Below the pieces are notes generated by a model. That model did not search any database. It saw only the letters and a list, made by a program, of their open reading frames with translations, and had not been told where the DNA came from. The position numbers were made by a program, and so were the translations under genes. 64,000 nucleotides of DNA from Corallochytrium limacisporum Hawaii (Eukaryota; Protista; Pluriformea). Of this stretch, positions 1 through 11,371 are shown piece after piece (position 1 is the first letter of the stretch; the number at the start of each line of letters is the position of its first letter). The DNA lies in the NCBI GenBank assembly GCA_002811645.1, contig PDIP01000013.1, positions 61,248-125,247 of the forward strand. Reading direction: 5' to 3'.

Positions 1-618
1 CCACTCTGAAAGACTTACCCTTCTCCCTGCTCACACACCCCACGGCCAACCCCCCCCCCCCAACCAAATTCATTTAGCTATTTCGAGGGCTCCAGTTACT
101 TACATCTTTCTTGAAAACCCACTGTGTGTATCGACTTTCTGATGGAATTTATACCTCGATGGTACCACAGAGGGTGATGGCATGACCGGACAGAGACAAA
201 AAAATATTCCATATAAATAGTACTAAGAATGACTCGGAAAGGAAGGAAGAATCGGAAGACATAAGTTAAATGACAAGTCAGTGGCTGACGGGAATGGAAC
301 CGTCCGATGGCTTGCTGTGGTGGCACAAGTACAACGGCGCTGCGAGGGCCGGCAAAGGCTGGGAATCGGTTACGGTGCGCACCCGATCTCTGGGTAAACT
401 AAACCCGGTGCTTGTCTCCTGAGGAGACACCCGACCAGTTCGGTCAGCTGTGAATAACACCATCGCCACGGAGTGCATGACCATGGCTTGGTCATTTCAC
501 TGGGATATGGTGCAAGGATCCATGAAGCTGTTGATCAATCTCCAAGGCTGTGCCCGTCGGGTACTTAAGGGACAGGGATTGAGACCCCTGTTGAGTCGAA
601 TATGTACGTATTATTAAG

Positions 619-1434
619 ATGATGTTTCCTAGGAGCAGATCGTTGTCACGACTAGCGTACCAGTCTCGGAGCTTATACACTAGTGTAAGACACACAATGA
701 AGGTAAACGCAGAGTTTGGAGAAGTTGCCACAGTCAAGTTTGACGAGCAAAAGTACATTCCATCGCCTGCCTTTGGTGTTGATCGGTTTATGCTCGATCG
801 AGTTGGTGGCGAAAAGGCCCGGGCCACTACCATCGTTCGCTACAAGCCGAACAGCAAGTTTCCGGAGCACACGCACATTGGTGGCGAAGAATTCCTCGTA
901 CTTGAGGGCAAGTTTCATGATCAGTTTGGATCCTTCGGTGAAGGTTACTACGTACGCAATCCAATCGACAGTGTTCACGAACCCTGGGTAGAGGGCGATG
1001 GCTGTACCATCTTTGTAAAGTTGCTGCAGATGGCTGACACTGGTGAAGGCACTGATCCTTTGCACATCGACACAAAGAAGGCCAAGGAGGATGCTGTAGA
1101 AGGCCCCTTGGGCAAGACTTCGATGCTCTACACGAACGAAAAGACAGGGGAGAAGGTCGAGATGCATTGGATTGAGCCCAACACAGAGATTCCAGTCGAT
1201 GAAGCTGCAGCAAACGGTGAGGAAGTTCTCGTTGTTGAAGGATCCCTTACAGCAGGTTCTGAATCCGGTGAATACACTAAATGGGGCTGGTTGCGCTTTC
1301 CGGTTGCAAAGGGTGCTCCGGAGGATCGCGAGAAGCTGAACTCAGGCCCAAAGGGCGTCCAGATCTACCGCAAGACCGGTCATCTCACAACGAATGCTAT
1401 GGACATGGAGAAGATCAAAGTCAGTGATGACTAA
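619..1434 (+). CDS. ChrR-like tandem cupin (Cupin_7) protein with putative mitochondrial presequence
   Basis: HTHIGGEEFLVLEG...YVRNP...H.P...GCTIFVKL closely matches bacterial ChrR-like cupins; a second degenerate cupin follows (GEEVLVVEG...WLRFP). The N-terminal ~27 aa are R/S/L-rich with no acidic residues. Confidence 0.8.
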   Translation: MMFPRSRSLSRLAYQSRSLYTSVRHTMKVNAEFGEVATVKFDEQKYIPSPAFGVDRFMLDRVGGEKARATTIVRYKPNSKFPEHTHIGGEEFLVLEGKFHDQFGSFGEGYYVRNPIDSVHEPWVEGDGCTIFVKLLQMADTGEGTDPLHIDTKKAKEDAVEGPLGKTSMLYTNEKTGEKVEMHWIEPNTEIPVDEAAANGEEVLVVEGSLTAGSESGEYTKWGWLRFPVAKGAPEDREKLNSGPKGVQIYRKTGHLTTNAMDMEKIKVSDD

Positions 1435-1855
1435 AACGAAATAATGTTCGTGTGATGAAAGATTCCGGAAATAAAGAAATCCACCCTTGCCCGCTTTACT
1501 TGCGCTGTGGGTCCCTACTGTTGAATTCTTTAGACCACCGCCTCCCCCCTCTCCTTCCAAGCTCGCGGGGTTTGACAGGGGTCTGCCCATTGGGCCCCCC
1601 AACCCCCCCCCTGGGGAGGGGCGGGTCTCACGGTGTTTACGAAATTGTGGGTGCTCGCGCGGTGCGGATTGGGGTGGTGCGAAGAGTCACTAAAGCCTAC
1701 AAACAATATTTTTGCGGCTCAGGTACATTGGACAGGGCTCGGGAGTTGTTCCTGGTGCGACAGACCATCGAAAGTGAACGTTCAAACGTGGATCTTGAGG
1801 AAGGAACTATAGAGCACAGGTCTTCGTGAGGCGTCCCACAGCGGGCTGAAAGACA

Positions 1856-2659
1856 ATGTCCCTAGCACCAAAATTGCGAGTGCGTTTCCTGGGCTGCGTA
1901 AAGTACCATGCAGCTCTTCAATTGCAGATGCGGATGGCCGAAAAATTGGCCACCGATCCAACAGCCGAGAACACAGTACTCCTCCTCGAACACTACCCGG
2001 TTTACACTGGTGGACGGCGGTTGAAAAAGTCTCCCATGCTAGAATCCGAGGAAGCGCGCCTTACAGGCCTTGGCGCGGACTTCGCAATCCTCTCTCGCGG
2101 TGGAGATATGACATTTCATGGTCCTGGGCAATTGGTTGGTTATCCTATTGTCCGTATCGACGATTTCAAGGAAAAAGTACCCAAGCTCAGTGACTACATG
2201 CATGCAATAGAGCACGGCACCGCAAAGACATGCTCAGATCTGGGAATCAAGGAGCCCCTAACGACGGACCATGACGCAGCTGGGGTATGGTTGGACTATG
2301 AAGGAGTTCGAGCACGAAAAATTTGTGCCGTGGGTGTCCATGTTGGAAAGAACAATGTTGCTTCACACGGCTTTGCACTCAACTGCAACACAAACTTAGA
2401 CTGGTTCAACCACATTGTGCCTTGTGGCATTATGAACAAGGGAGTGACATCATTGTCTCAGGAACTGGGATCTAATGTGACAATCATTGATACCCTAGAT
2501 GCAGCCATCAACGGACTTGCGGATGCTCTTGGCGTGTCACCGTCGAACATAACCCGGGAGAATTCCCACAAGGATGTGGAATGGGTGACAGTGCCTGAAC
2601 GCTTCTACCCGAAAACTCCTTCTCTGCGTGCACAGATGGAACACAAGGGATTGAAATGA
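1856..2659 (+). CDS. LIPT2: lipoyl(octanoyl) transferase LipB/LIPT2
   Basis: LLEHYPVYTGG, RGGDMTFHGPGQLVGYPI, KICAVGV, HGFALN and IVPCG motifs. Confidence 0.95.
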   Translation: MSLAPKLRVRFLGCVKYHAALQLQMRMAEKLATDPTAENTVLLLEHYPVYTGGRRLKKSPMLESEEARLTGLGADFAILSRGGDMTFHGPGQLVGYPIVRIDDFKEKVPKLSDYMHAIEHGTAKTCSDLGIKEPLTTDHDAAGVWLDYEGVRARKICAVGVHVGKNNVASHGFALNCNTNLDWFNHIVPCGIMNKGVTSLSQELGSNVTIIDTLDAAINGLADALGVSPSNITRENSHKDVEWVTVPERFYPKTPSLRAQMEHKGLK

Positions 2660-2697
2660 TAATGTACAGAGAAATAGAGATTTAGTAATAGTGTTTT

Positions 2698-3711
2698 CTA
2701 CATAAAGTCCACAATCTGACCGACCTTGTGTTCTTCAGCGGCAGCGAGCACAACGCCAGCAGTCACAACGTCTTGAATGGAAGTGCCTTCACACTCAAAG
2801 AGTGTTGAGGTCAGGCCCTGTGCATAATGCTCATCGCCTATCTGTACCTTTACCTTACCGGACACCACATCTCCAATATTTCCAGCGTACCTGACACTCC
2901 CAGGTGGTACTTTGAGCAGGTCACCGGCTTTGACATCTGCCATTGATAGAGCATCACTTACGACCAAGCAGGTCTCAACGACATCTTGCCCTAGCTCTTG
3001 CATTTCTGGTTTGAAACTACCAACCGCACAGATATGCGACCCTTTCTTCAACTTGCAGTTGCTAAGAACAGGTGAGTAGGCATTCGTGGCGGTAACAATG
3101 ATATCGGCGCTTCGATATGGCTCAGGGTCCCAACTGATTTGAACCTGCAAAGATTGCTCCAGAGACCGCGCTAAGTCTTCACCTTTTTGCTGGTTGCGGG
3201 TCCAAATCTTCACAAGTTTTAATGATTCCCGATACTTTTCAACCAATAGCTCTATGTGAAGCCTAGCCTGTAGACCACCTCCATACACTGCCAGGATCTC
3301 AGGAGGTGGCTGCTCTGTGCGCATCACCTCACAGCTAACGACACTGCCGGCAGCGGTGCGAATGGCGGTCAGGAAGGTTGCATCTAAAAGACCTTCGAGT
3401 ACACCGGTCTCTGAGTTTATCATCTGAATAAATGCGGGTACTATCGGCCTACTGTGTTGCGCATTATCAGGTCTGACACTTGCAGTTTTGGCCCCAAGGT
3501 ATGCAGGGGCCTTCCCTGGGTCCTCAGGAACAAATGCCGGTTTGAACAGCGTTGCCGCGCCGTTGTAGTGTGCAGATAAGTTTAAGACGGTTCTTGGAGG
3601 ACAAAGTCCATCGTTGACCATGCTTTGGAACGCAGTTCTGGATGCAGACACCCAGTCTACTTTGTCCCTGAGTCGGACGACCTCACTGTCCTTTAGGATC
3701 CTAACTGGCAT
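2698..3711 (-). CDS. ornithine cyclodeaminase / mu-crystallin family protein
   Basis: LTAIRTAAGS, GGGLQARLH, ADIIVTAT, HICAVGS and GTSIQD motifs; start set to the ATG at 3711. Confidence 0.9.
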   Translation of the reverse strand: MPVRILKDSEVVRLRDKVDWVSASRTAFQSMVNDGLCPPRTVLNLSAHYNGAATLFKPAFVPEDPGKAPAYLGAKTASVRPDNAQHSRPIVPAFIQMINSETGVLEGLLDATFLTAIRTAAGSVVSCEVMRTEQPPPEILAVYGGGLQARLHIELLVEKYRESLKLVKIWTRNQQKGEDLARSLEQSLQVQISWDPEPYRSADIIVTATNAYSPVLSNCKLKKGSHICAVGSFKPEMQELGQDVVETCLVVSDALSMADVKAGDLLKVPPGSVRYAGNIGDVVSGKVKVQIGDEHYAQGLTSTLFECEGTSIQDVVTAGVVLAAAEEHKVGQIVDFM

Positions 3712-5893
3712 ACTCACAAAGTTCAATATTGGGTCTTCTCTCTGCCTCCCGCTTCAACCGGGACGTGATCCCTGATTGTGCAACCACCTTGGTCTGCATT
3801 CCTCACATACTCACTGACACCTCCGAAAAACCTCTTCCGATGTTGGTCCTTTTGGTGCAATGCCCTTTTTCTATCAACAACCTCGTCATGCGATGTTCTG
3901 CCCGTTTTCCATTTTTGTGCCGCCACTGCAAAACTTTCCATACACAGGCAGACCGGGGACCCCGGGGCCTGATTGTGACGTTAATCCCAATAATTACAGG
4001 GTTTCAGCTATTTTGTTCCGCGCCCTTTTCCACCAGGACTTTCGACCAATCACCACGCGAGACAACCCCAGTTTAGATCTTATTTGCTTCGCTACCTCCG
4101 TCTCTCCCCCTCCCCCATCCTCTGCAACCCATAGCCCGCCGCCCCCTTGACCGAGCGAGTGTATGGAGAATATCACTGATATGTGCAGTATACAGAGAAT
4201 ATCCCATTATTTTACTTTTTCGGTAGACAAAAGAGAATATCACGATCTATCTTCTTTTTTAAGTTTACAGTGTGGCCAAGAAAGGTGGAATATCTCACTT
4301 TTTCCAGGTTTTTTTTTTTCATTTTCTTTGAGCGGCAATCGAAGAATACCGGTGTTATTAGTACCAAAAGTTTCAAAAACGCCCGGAATCGGTGGGAGAG
4401 GAGGAGGCCCCCTTCCCCAGTTATTTTCCGATGACGACCGAGGGGACTATCTGCTGGCCACCCCCCTCCTTTTTTGCCTACTGCCCTTCTGTCTTTTCCT
4501 TATCCTCCACCCCGCCTCACTGACTTAGTCAGTCAGATCGAGCTCTACCTAAAGTGCCGCCTTTATTGTGTTTCTCTTTAGTGTTTTGGGTGATGTGAAA
4601 TTTTCCGAGGTCGGGAAAAAGACACGGAGAGGGACGACGCCCGGCTCCTTCCCCCCTCCCTCCCCCAGGCCCGGCCTCTCTCCTGGACGCCGTACATTCA
4701 CTATGGCTTCTGCCCGCAGCCTTTTTGGTTGGTGTATACACCACCCCACACACCACAAACCGGCCCACTTTGGGGAAACGCGGGGGTGAAACGACGGACG
4801 GACAGGACGACACCCTCCCCCCGGCCCGACTCCCCCGGGGAGGGGGGGGGGAACTGTGCTTCGGGAGGCCCCCAAGAGCCAGCGAGGGAGGGGGCGGCAA
4901 TTAAAAGAAAAAGGTAACAAAAAAGAAATGACCAAAGATATTTGAAAATTAAAAACAAAAACATGGACAACCAACCACTAAGCTGGGGCCCACTATGCCC
5001 CAATTTGCTTTTCTCAGCGCCAGGGGGCGGGGCGAGAGAGAGTGGAGCTGGCTCAGCCCGCGTCCTAACGAAGAGTCGCTTGACTACTGGAATTACACCG
5101 CCGAATTCATGGAACACACGCGCAGATGCTAAAATCCGATGTCTTCGGCGGAGGAATAGGAAGCCGGTTCAATACAAAAGACCCAGAAAACAAAAGCCAA
5201 ATAGGCCTCGTACGGCACGCACCCCTCTTCCCTAAATTTTCCTTTTTCATCCCGACCGCAGTCTCCCCTAACGACGATCATATGTTTTCTATTGAGCGCG
5301 CGAAGAGAGCAAGGAAAGGGGGGGGTTTGGACCTCCAAAATTAGAGGCGAAGCGGGCCCCCGTGGATTCGCCGCTTACTTTTCTTTTGTTATCTTCGTCG
5401 TTGGGAACCAAGGATAATTTAAGGTGCTTTTCAAGCCCCCCTCCCCCCCTTTTTCCGGCTCCCACTTCGCCATCTCTCTCTCTTTTCGTGTGTCTCAGTG
5501 TGTGCGCTTAGGCAAAGAAAAAATTGGGAGAAGCCACCGCTCAACGTCCCCCCCCCGGGGGGCGGGGCCAAGCGAAAGAATAAAAATGCAGAGAAATAAA
5601 GGCACAAGCAGGAAAAAATTGGCAAGGAAAAAGTCCAAGAGACGAGAAGAAGCCCCGATTGAGAGCAAGAAGAACCCAAAAAAAAAAGAAAGAGGCAAAG
5701 TGGGGTGGGGAGCAGGGAGAGGAGGGGGAGCCTCCACGACGGCGGGAGCGAATCCCCTCCCCGCGTTTTTTTTCCCGCAAATTAAGCGAATAGAAAATTC
5801 AAGAGCGGCGGAAAAAAAAAGAGAGAGGGAAAAACTTGCTGCGTCAGAAACTAAGCGTCCCATTCCTCGGAGAGGCCGCCTCCCCCCCGGGGG

Positions 5894-5911
5894 GGGTAGG
5901 GTAGGGTAGGG
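5894..5911 (+). repeat. (GGGTA)3GGG G-quadruplex-forming motif
   Basis: gggtagggtagggtaggg follows a C7G8 palindrome upstream of the Ras gene. Confidence 0.6.
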
Positions 5912-6477
5912 AGACGGGAGGGAAGGCGGCAGAAGGAGGCGGTGGGGGCGGTTGCGCTTTCTTCACGGGAGGTTAGCGACGCTTTTGGTAGAGAATGTAC
6001 CCGCCGCGATGGGGGGAACGGACGTGCGCCCTGCGGTTCCTCCCTGCTCCCAGCCTACCGCCGCCCCCCCCTCCACCATCGGAGCCGGGGAAAAGGGGGA
6101 GGCGGCGTAGGGACCACTGCGCCGGTTCTTGGGCGCAGTATCCGAGGGATTCGCGGAGTGTCGCAATTTGGCAGGGCGTGTGTGTTTATCCGGCGCGTTT
6201 CGGACCCAAGAAATAAACATTTTGTCTGGACTTTGCGTTTGGGCCATGATGGTTACGTGCAATGAGCAACGTTTTGGCCAAATGCGATACCTTTCGTTCT
6301 TTCTATTAACAGATATTTCAAAGTGGGCGTCTAATCAGATTGACTACAATGGAGGGTGTAAAAAGAATCGTTTGCGTTTGCGCGTCCCTTGAGAGCAATA
6401 TTCGCAAGCCCGAGTAAAGATCGCAGAAAGCTGTAATTTAGGCCCAAGGTCTTGGAAAGCTTACTTACAAAGCAAGT

Positions 6478-7110
6478 ATGGCGGCCGTTTCTGACGCCAA
6501 GGAAAACTACAGCATCGTCGTGGTCGGCGAAGGTGGTGTTGGCAAGTCTGCCTGCACACTAAACTTCATTCGGGGACAGTTCATCGAAGAGTACGATCCC
6601 ACGATTGAAGACTCATACTGTAAGTTTTCGGAAGTTGACGGGGTAAAGTCGAGCCTGGAGATTACCGACACTGCTGGTCAGGAAGAATACCGCGGCCTGT
6701 GGGGAGATAAATTTATGCGCAGCGGCGAAGGTTTTCTACTGGTGTACTCAATAACGCAGAAATCATCGTGGGAGAAGGTCAAGGATCTCTACGAACAGAT
6801 TCTGCGTGTCAAGGACACTGACAAATGCCCTGCAGTCATTATCGGAAACAAATGTGACTTGGAGGAGGACCGCGAGGTGTCTACCGAAGAGGGTGCGGAG
6901 CTCAAGGAGAAGCTCGGGGTGGATGCTTTCATGGAGACCAGTGCTAAAACTAGCAAGAATATTGAGGAGGCATTTATTACCATTGCACGGGCCATCCGTG
7001 ACTATCGCAAGGAAAAGGCGGCCCACGCACCACCGCCCGAGCCCGAACCTACCAATGGAACGGCAAAGGCGGAGAATGCCAAGAAGGGGAGATGCTGCCT
7101 GATTCTGTGA
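6478..7110 (+). CDS. Ras-subfamily small GTPase
   Basis: GEGGVGKS, effector loop YDPTIEDSY, DTAGQEE, NKCD, ETSAK and C-terminal CaaX (CCLIL). Confidence 0.95.
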   Translation: MAAVSDAKENYSIVVVGEGGVGKSACTLNFIRGQFIEEYDPTIEDSYCKFSEVDGVKSSLEITDTAGQEEYRGLWGDKFMRSGEGFLLVYSITQKSSWEKVKDLYEQILRVKDTDKCPAVIIGNKCDLEEDREVSTEEGAELKEKLGVDAFMETSAKTSKNIEEAFITIARAIRDYRKEKAAHAPPPEPEPTNGTAKAENAKKGRCCLIL

Positions 7111-7472
7111 GGAGCCAGAGTCATTACTGCTACCCACACTCCACTGTTCAAGGCGCTTCAAGAAAACATTTCCTTTGCATACATAACATGATTCCGGTCA
7201 CCATGGGCAGTGTTGATGGCCCCTCGGAACCTTACTGTTCAACCCAGGTGTGGACCTTTTGTTGGGTTTTGATTCGATACCAGTTCATTGGTAGGTTCAA
7301 ACTTCGGCACTGTCGTCGCCGGAGAGGGTGGATTTGCGGTGATATGGTGATAACAATTGTAAACATGGTCGTTTTGAATAGACTTACCTTTATATTGACA
7401 GAGAGTATGTGCTAAAAGAGACGGTTCCCAGTGCTTGGAGGACAGCCGAGTGGACTTCACCATGAACTTGCC

Positions 7473-8420
7473 TCAGCGAGTGCTGGCCGTCTTCTGGGTC
7501 GCGGGCAGAGGCGGCAAGCCTGCCTTCGTGCTGAACATGGCAATTTCATAACGAAGAGCGGCAATGCTTTGCTTCTGGTGTTTGACTTTTTTTATCAGAG
7601 CACGCCGTTCGGCACCATGGCCACCTGGCGCGGCGGCTTCTGTCATGCTCGTAACGTCTACATTTCTCTGTGCGTCATCCAGGGTGATATGGAGGTCACG
7701 GTTTTGCGTGTGAATATCATCGAAGTCTTCCAGAGCCTTCAAATTCCTGGCACAGGAGAAGCACAGCATTGACACCCAGAAGCAGGGTCCGCTGTACTTC
7801 AATGCCCTCCCTCTGCAGTACCTGAACGGCAGAATCAAACTTACTGGCGAGATGGATGATGGTACTGACAATGCTCTCTATACGATGAATGAACGGCACG
7901 GATGCACTGACACTCGTAAATATCGCGCTTCAATGGGTCCATGTCGCTGATCTTCTCTTCTTCAATGACTGACTCATTCTGGACCTCATCGTCGTCATCC
8001 TCACAGGTTTTCTCATCAACAGTTTCACATTTTGACTTTCCCGTTGTCTCCTGTGGTGTCATCATCATCAGCGTGGAACTTCCCCATTTCCTTGCGAACA
8101 GCAATATCTGTTTCAGACTTTGCCCGCTGCGACTCATCATTTGTGTCAAGGATATTGTGTCTCTTGTTTGGAAACAATGGATGTTCATCCTCGGTGACTT
8201 CATCATCAGTTTTCATGTGGAACTTGAGATCATCTCACTGTTCGACCCGCGCTTGTGCGTCGGCCGGACTTAGTTACCCTGTTTCTGTGAAAGCAAATAT
8301 CCCTTGGAATTTACGGACAAGATCTCTCGCCCTTCCTTATGAGAACCCGAAAGCTCTCTCGTATTTTCTCATTCGTTTTTTTTTCCGGTTGTGCCGCAGT
8401 TACGTCTCGTTCTCATAGTT
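7473..8420 (-). pseudogene. probable degenerate gene for an acidic/coiled-coil protein
   Basis: Protein-like segments lie in successive different frames (8216-8025, ~8030-7900, 7899-7717, 7750-7473), with in-frame stops upstream. It is convergent with Ras, like the other gene pairs. Confidence 0.4.
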
Positions 8421-8774
8421 TTTGGCCTGGATAGTTTTGGATTCTCTTGTGGCAATGAGATTTGGACAACCATTCCTTGCGGGAGGCTACTGAACGTCAC
8501 AGTGTAAGGCACAGGTTCGATTATCGTCTATGGGAGCGGGCCCCGTTGCACTGATGATACTAGTGCGTCATTAGTCTGTTGGGCGTTACATCGTTCTCAG
8601 CCTCACTCCAATTGAACTCACAGCTTCATCGGTAACGAGCAAGCCCTGAGAAGGGTGTTCACGTCGACTATTTGTTGCACATGAGAAAATGTAAGTTGCA
8701 ATCAAGTCTATCGTGGCCTGTATCCATGTTCGTGGTCGGAGTACTGTAGGACCGAACAATCACTGCCATTCACC

Positions 8775-11306
8775 ATGCCTCAATCAGTAACTGACTCCGC
8801 ATATAACGATATTGAGACCGCCAGCTTGGTGTCCTCATACGAAGATGACTTTAAGGCGACCACAGAGGAGGTAATGCGGGAACTCTTCGTTCATGTCCAG
8901 GAGTTATGCAACGACGGGTCTGTGACCTTCGGTGCAATCATGGACGCCCTTCGTCACGAAGGTATCCTCTTCTGGCGTGACCGTCGTTGGGCAAAGAGCC
9001 AGGAACGCTTCGTGGACTTGGCTATCAGGTTGTACCCAAGTCATGGCGACGTGGAAATTAACAAAAAGTGGCTGGCTCGAGTCACCGGGCGAAGGGATCG
9101 AAGTCATCTAACTGAGGAGGAGAAGTGCATTGTTGAAAATTTGCGCAGAGTCCATTTGACATACGAAGATTTTGTCTGGGCTATTTCACCATGTGCATAC
9201 CTGTACATGAAGGCTTTCAGTGGCGAGTTTATTATTTCGGACTGGAATGGATTCTGCCTTGACATAGCCAACTTGTACACACAGTGTATGCGAAATCGCG
9301 AAGGCGCCAATGCAGATTACATCCCGATCTTGAGGGATGCAGAGAGTGAGTATTGGGGTGTGAGTGTATGTAGCGTGGATGGTCAGCGCTTCAACATCGG
9401 TGACACGAACATTCCCTACACAATTCAATCTACCAGCAAACCCGTCACGTATGCGATTGGTCTTTGCCGGGAAGGAGAAAACTTTGTTAGCAGATGGATT
9501 GATGTTGAGCCCGCTGGGCGGCCATTCAACACTCAGGATCTCGACCCGGAAACACAACGACCTTTCAATGCGAGCATCAATGCGGGAGCCATCATGGCAG
9601 CAGGTGTAGTTGCCTCGCACTACATAGACAAGGAGGACCATCACCATCCGAATCCTCGGCCGAGCATTACTCGAACGACCCCCGGTGGTCATGTTGAGAT
9701 TGATAGTAGCATGGCACCTAGTGCTATGCTTGATCTGGACGAGTTAAATCTGGACGACGAGGCTCTATCCACTGTTGATGTGGCACGTGATCATCATGGT
9801 GATGGAGACAGCTTGCATGTTTCCTCGAACCGCTCAGTAAATACGAATCATGGCATGGACATTGGTGCCGATTTTCAAGTGGATGACATTCAACGTATGG
9901 GCAAATATGTCAACTGGCGCAAGGTCGTTCACGATGTTGCCCACGTGTGGGCTGAACTGAGCGGTCATGATAGCAAGATTCGCCTAAGTGAAGAAACTTT
10001 CAAGTCGGAAAGATCCTCAGCTTACAATAACTTTGCAATTGCGTACAATTTGCGCGGACGATGCGGGCTGCCTCGGGACGTTAGTCTACACTCAATGCTC
10101 GATGTGTACCTAGGCTGTTGCTCCCTGGAGATCACTGCGGAGGCCATGAGTGTAGCTGCTGCCACACTGGCTAACGGAGGTGTTTGCCCGATTACGGGCA
10201 TTGAGGTCTTCCCGGCGGCCGTTGTGCGTCACGTTCTCGCAGAGACAATGACCTGTGGTATGTATGATCAGGCTGGTCACTTTGTCGTGGAAGTGGGTCT
10301 TCCAGCTAAATCTGGTGTGAGTGGTGCACTTATGATCATTGCACCAAACGTGTGTGGATTTGCCACCTTCTCACCACGCCTGAATTCTGCAGGCAACAGT
10401 GTACGCGGTGTCGAATTTTGCGAGCGCCTGGTAGGTACATATCGCATGCACATCTTCGAGCCTCTTAACGGAGGCAGCGGCGGATCTAAGATCGACCCAC
10501 GTCAGAATGGCAGCCGTAGCCAACGCCTCACGCACACGAGACTTGCATGGGCCCTCGAGGCGGGCGATGTGTGGGCCACCCGCTTCCGGGACATCCTACT
10601 ACGTCTAATGCTCTGGGTGGGCAGCGATAGTACAGAAGGCCTCAGTCCGCGAGTAGTTGACCGCATTCAGGAGCTGTACAAGAACATCTTCGTGATGCCC
10701 ATATCGGATGATGTCTTGGAAGCAGCAAGGAAAGATATTTGCGCATGCGAAAACAAGATTGAATGCATTCGGGAGCTTCTTCATCGCATCCGACTGCAAG
10801 ATGGCATGAGAAAGATTATCGGCATGATGCTGAGGGAGATTGCACTGATTGATGGCCGCATTGAGGAGGCTGAACGGGACACAATAGTCAGCATCGGAGA
10901 GGTTCTGGGTATCAAGCGAGAGGTAACGATGCTTGAGCTCGACAAGAGTCAGGCCACCCTCGAATTTGACAAAGAATCAGGATGCTCTCAACTTCAGGAA
11001 CTGCAGAACGCTGCCGATGCGCAGTCCCGTGGCATTAGTGGAGCTGTGCACATCAATCCAGAAAATCGGACCTCTCAAGGCAAGGAAGCCCTGTTGACCG
11101 CTATTGAGAATGCCTCGCCACCCATTGCGTTGGACGAGATGATGGCATTGCGCGCTGAGAACTCTCAGCTCAAGAAACGGATCAAACGCATGAATAAGCT
11201 GATGACTGACATGCTCCACTACAACAGCGTTGCGAAGGTGACGCTGGAGAATGCAGGACTGGTCGGCGAGGCCCGAAAGATTAGGATTGCCAGTTACAAG
11301 CCCTAG
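8775..11306 (+). CDS. GLS: glutaminase with an internal acidic insertion and C-terminal TerB-like and coiled-coil extension
   Basis: ADYIPIL, SVDGQR, catalytic IQSTSKP, INAGAI, TLANGG, CGMYD and GLPAKSGVSG motifs. Confidence 0.92.
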   Translation: MPQSVTDSAYNDIETASLVSSYEDDFKATTEEVMRELFVHVQELCNDGSVTFGAIMDALRHEGILFWRDRRWAKSQERFVDLAIRLYPSHGDVEINKKWLARVTGRRDRSHLTEEEKCIVENLRRVHLTYEDFVWAISPCAYLYMKAFSGEFIISDWNGFCLDIANLYTQCMRNREGANADYIPILRDAESEYWGVSVCSVDGQRFNIGDTNIPYTIQSTSKPVTYAIGLCREGENFVSRWIDVEPAGRPFNTQDLDPETQRPFNASINAGAIMAAGVVASHYIDKEDHHHPNPRPSITRTTPGGHVEIDSSMAPSAMLDLDELNLDDEALSTVDVARDHHGDGDSLHVSSNRSVNTNHGMDIGADFQVDDIQRMGKYVNWRKVVHDVAHVWAELSGHDSKIRLSEETFKSERSSAYNNFAIAYNLRGRCGLPRDVSLHSMLDVYLGCCSLEITAEAMSVAAATLANGGVCPITGIEVFPAAVVRHVLAETMTCGMYDQAGHFVVEVGLPAKSGVSGALMIIAPNVCGFATFSPRLNSAGNSVRGVEFCERLVGTYRMHIFEPLNGGSGGSKIDPRQNGSRSQRLTHTRLAWALEAGDVWATRFRDILLRLMLWVGSDSTEGLSPRVVDRIQELYKNIFVMPISDDVLEAARKDICACENKIECIRELLHRIRLQDGMRKIIGMMLREIALIDGRIEEAERDTIVSIGEVLGIKREVTMLELDKSQATLEFDKESGCSQLQELQNAADAQSRGISGAVHINPENRTSQGKEALLTAIENASPPIALDEMMALRAENSQLKKRIKRMNKLMTDMLHYNSVAKVTLENAGLVGEARKIRIASYKP

Positions 11307-11371
11307 ATACCGGTGTATTTATATCGGCAGGGCCATATTCATAAAGACCCGTAGTTTGCTTTATTAGTCAG

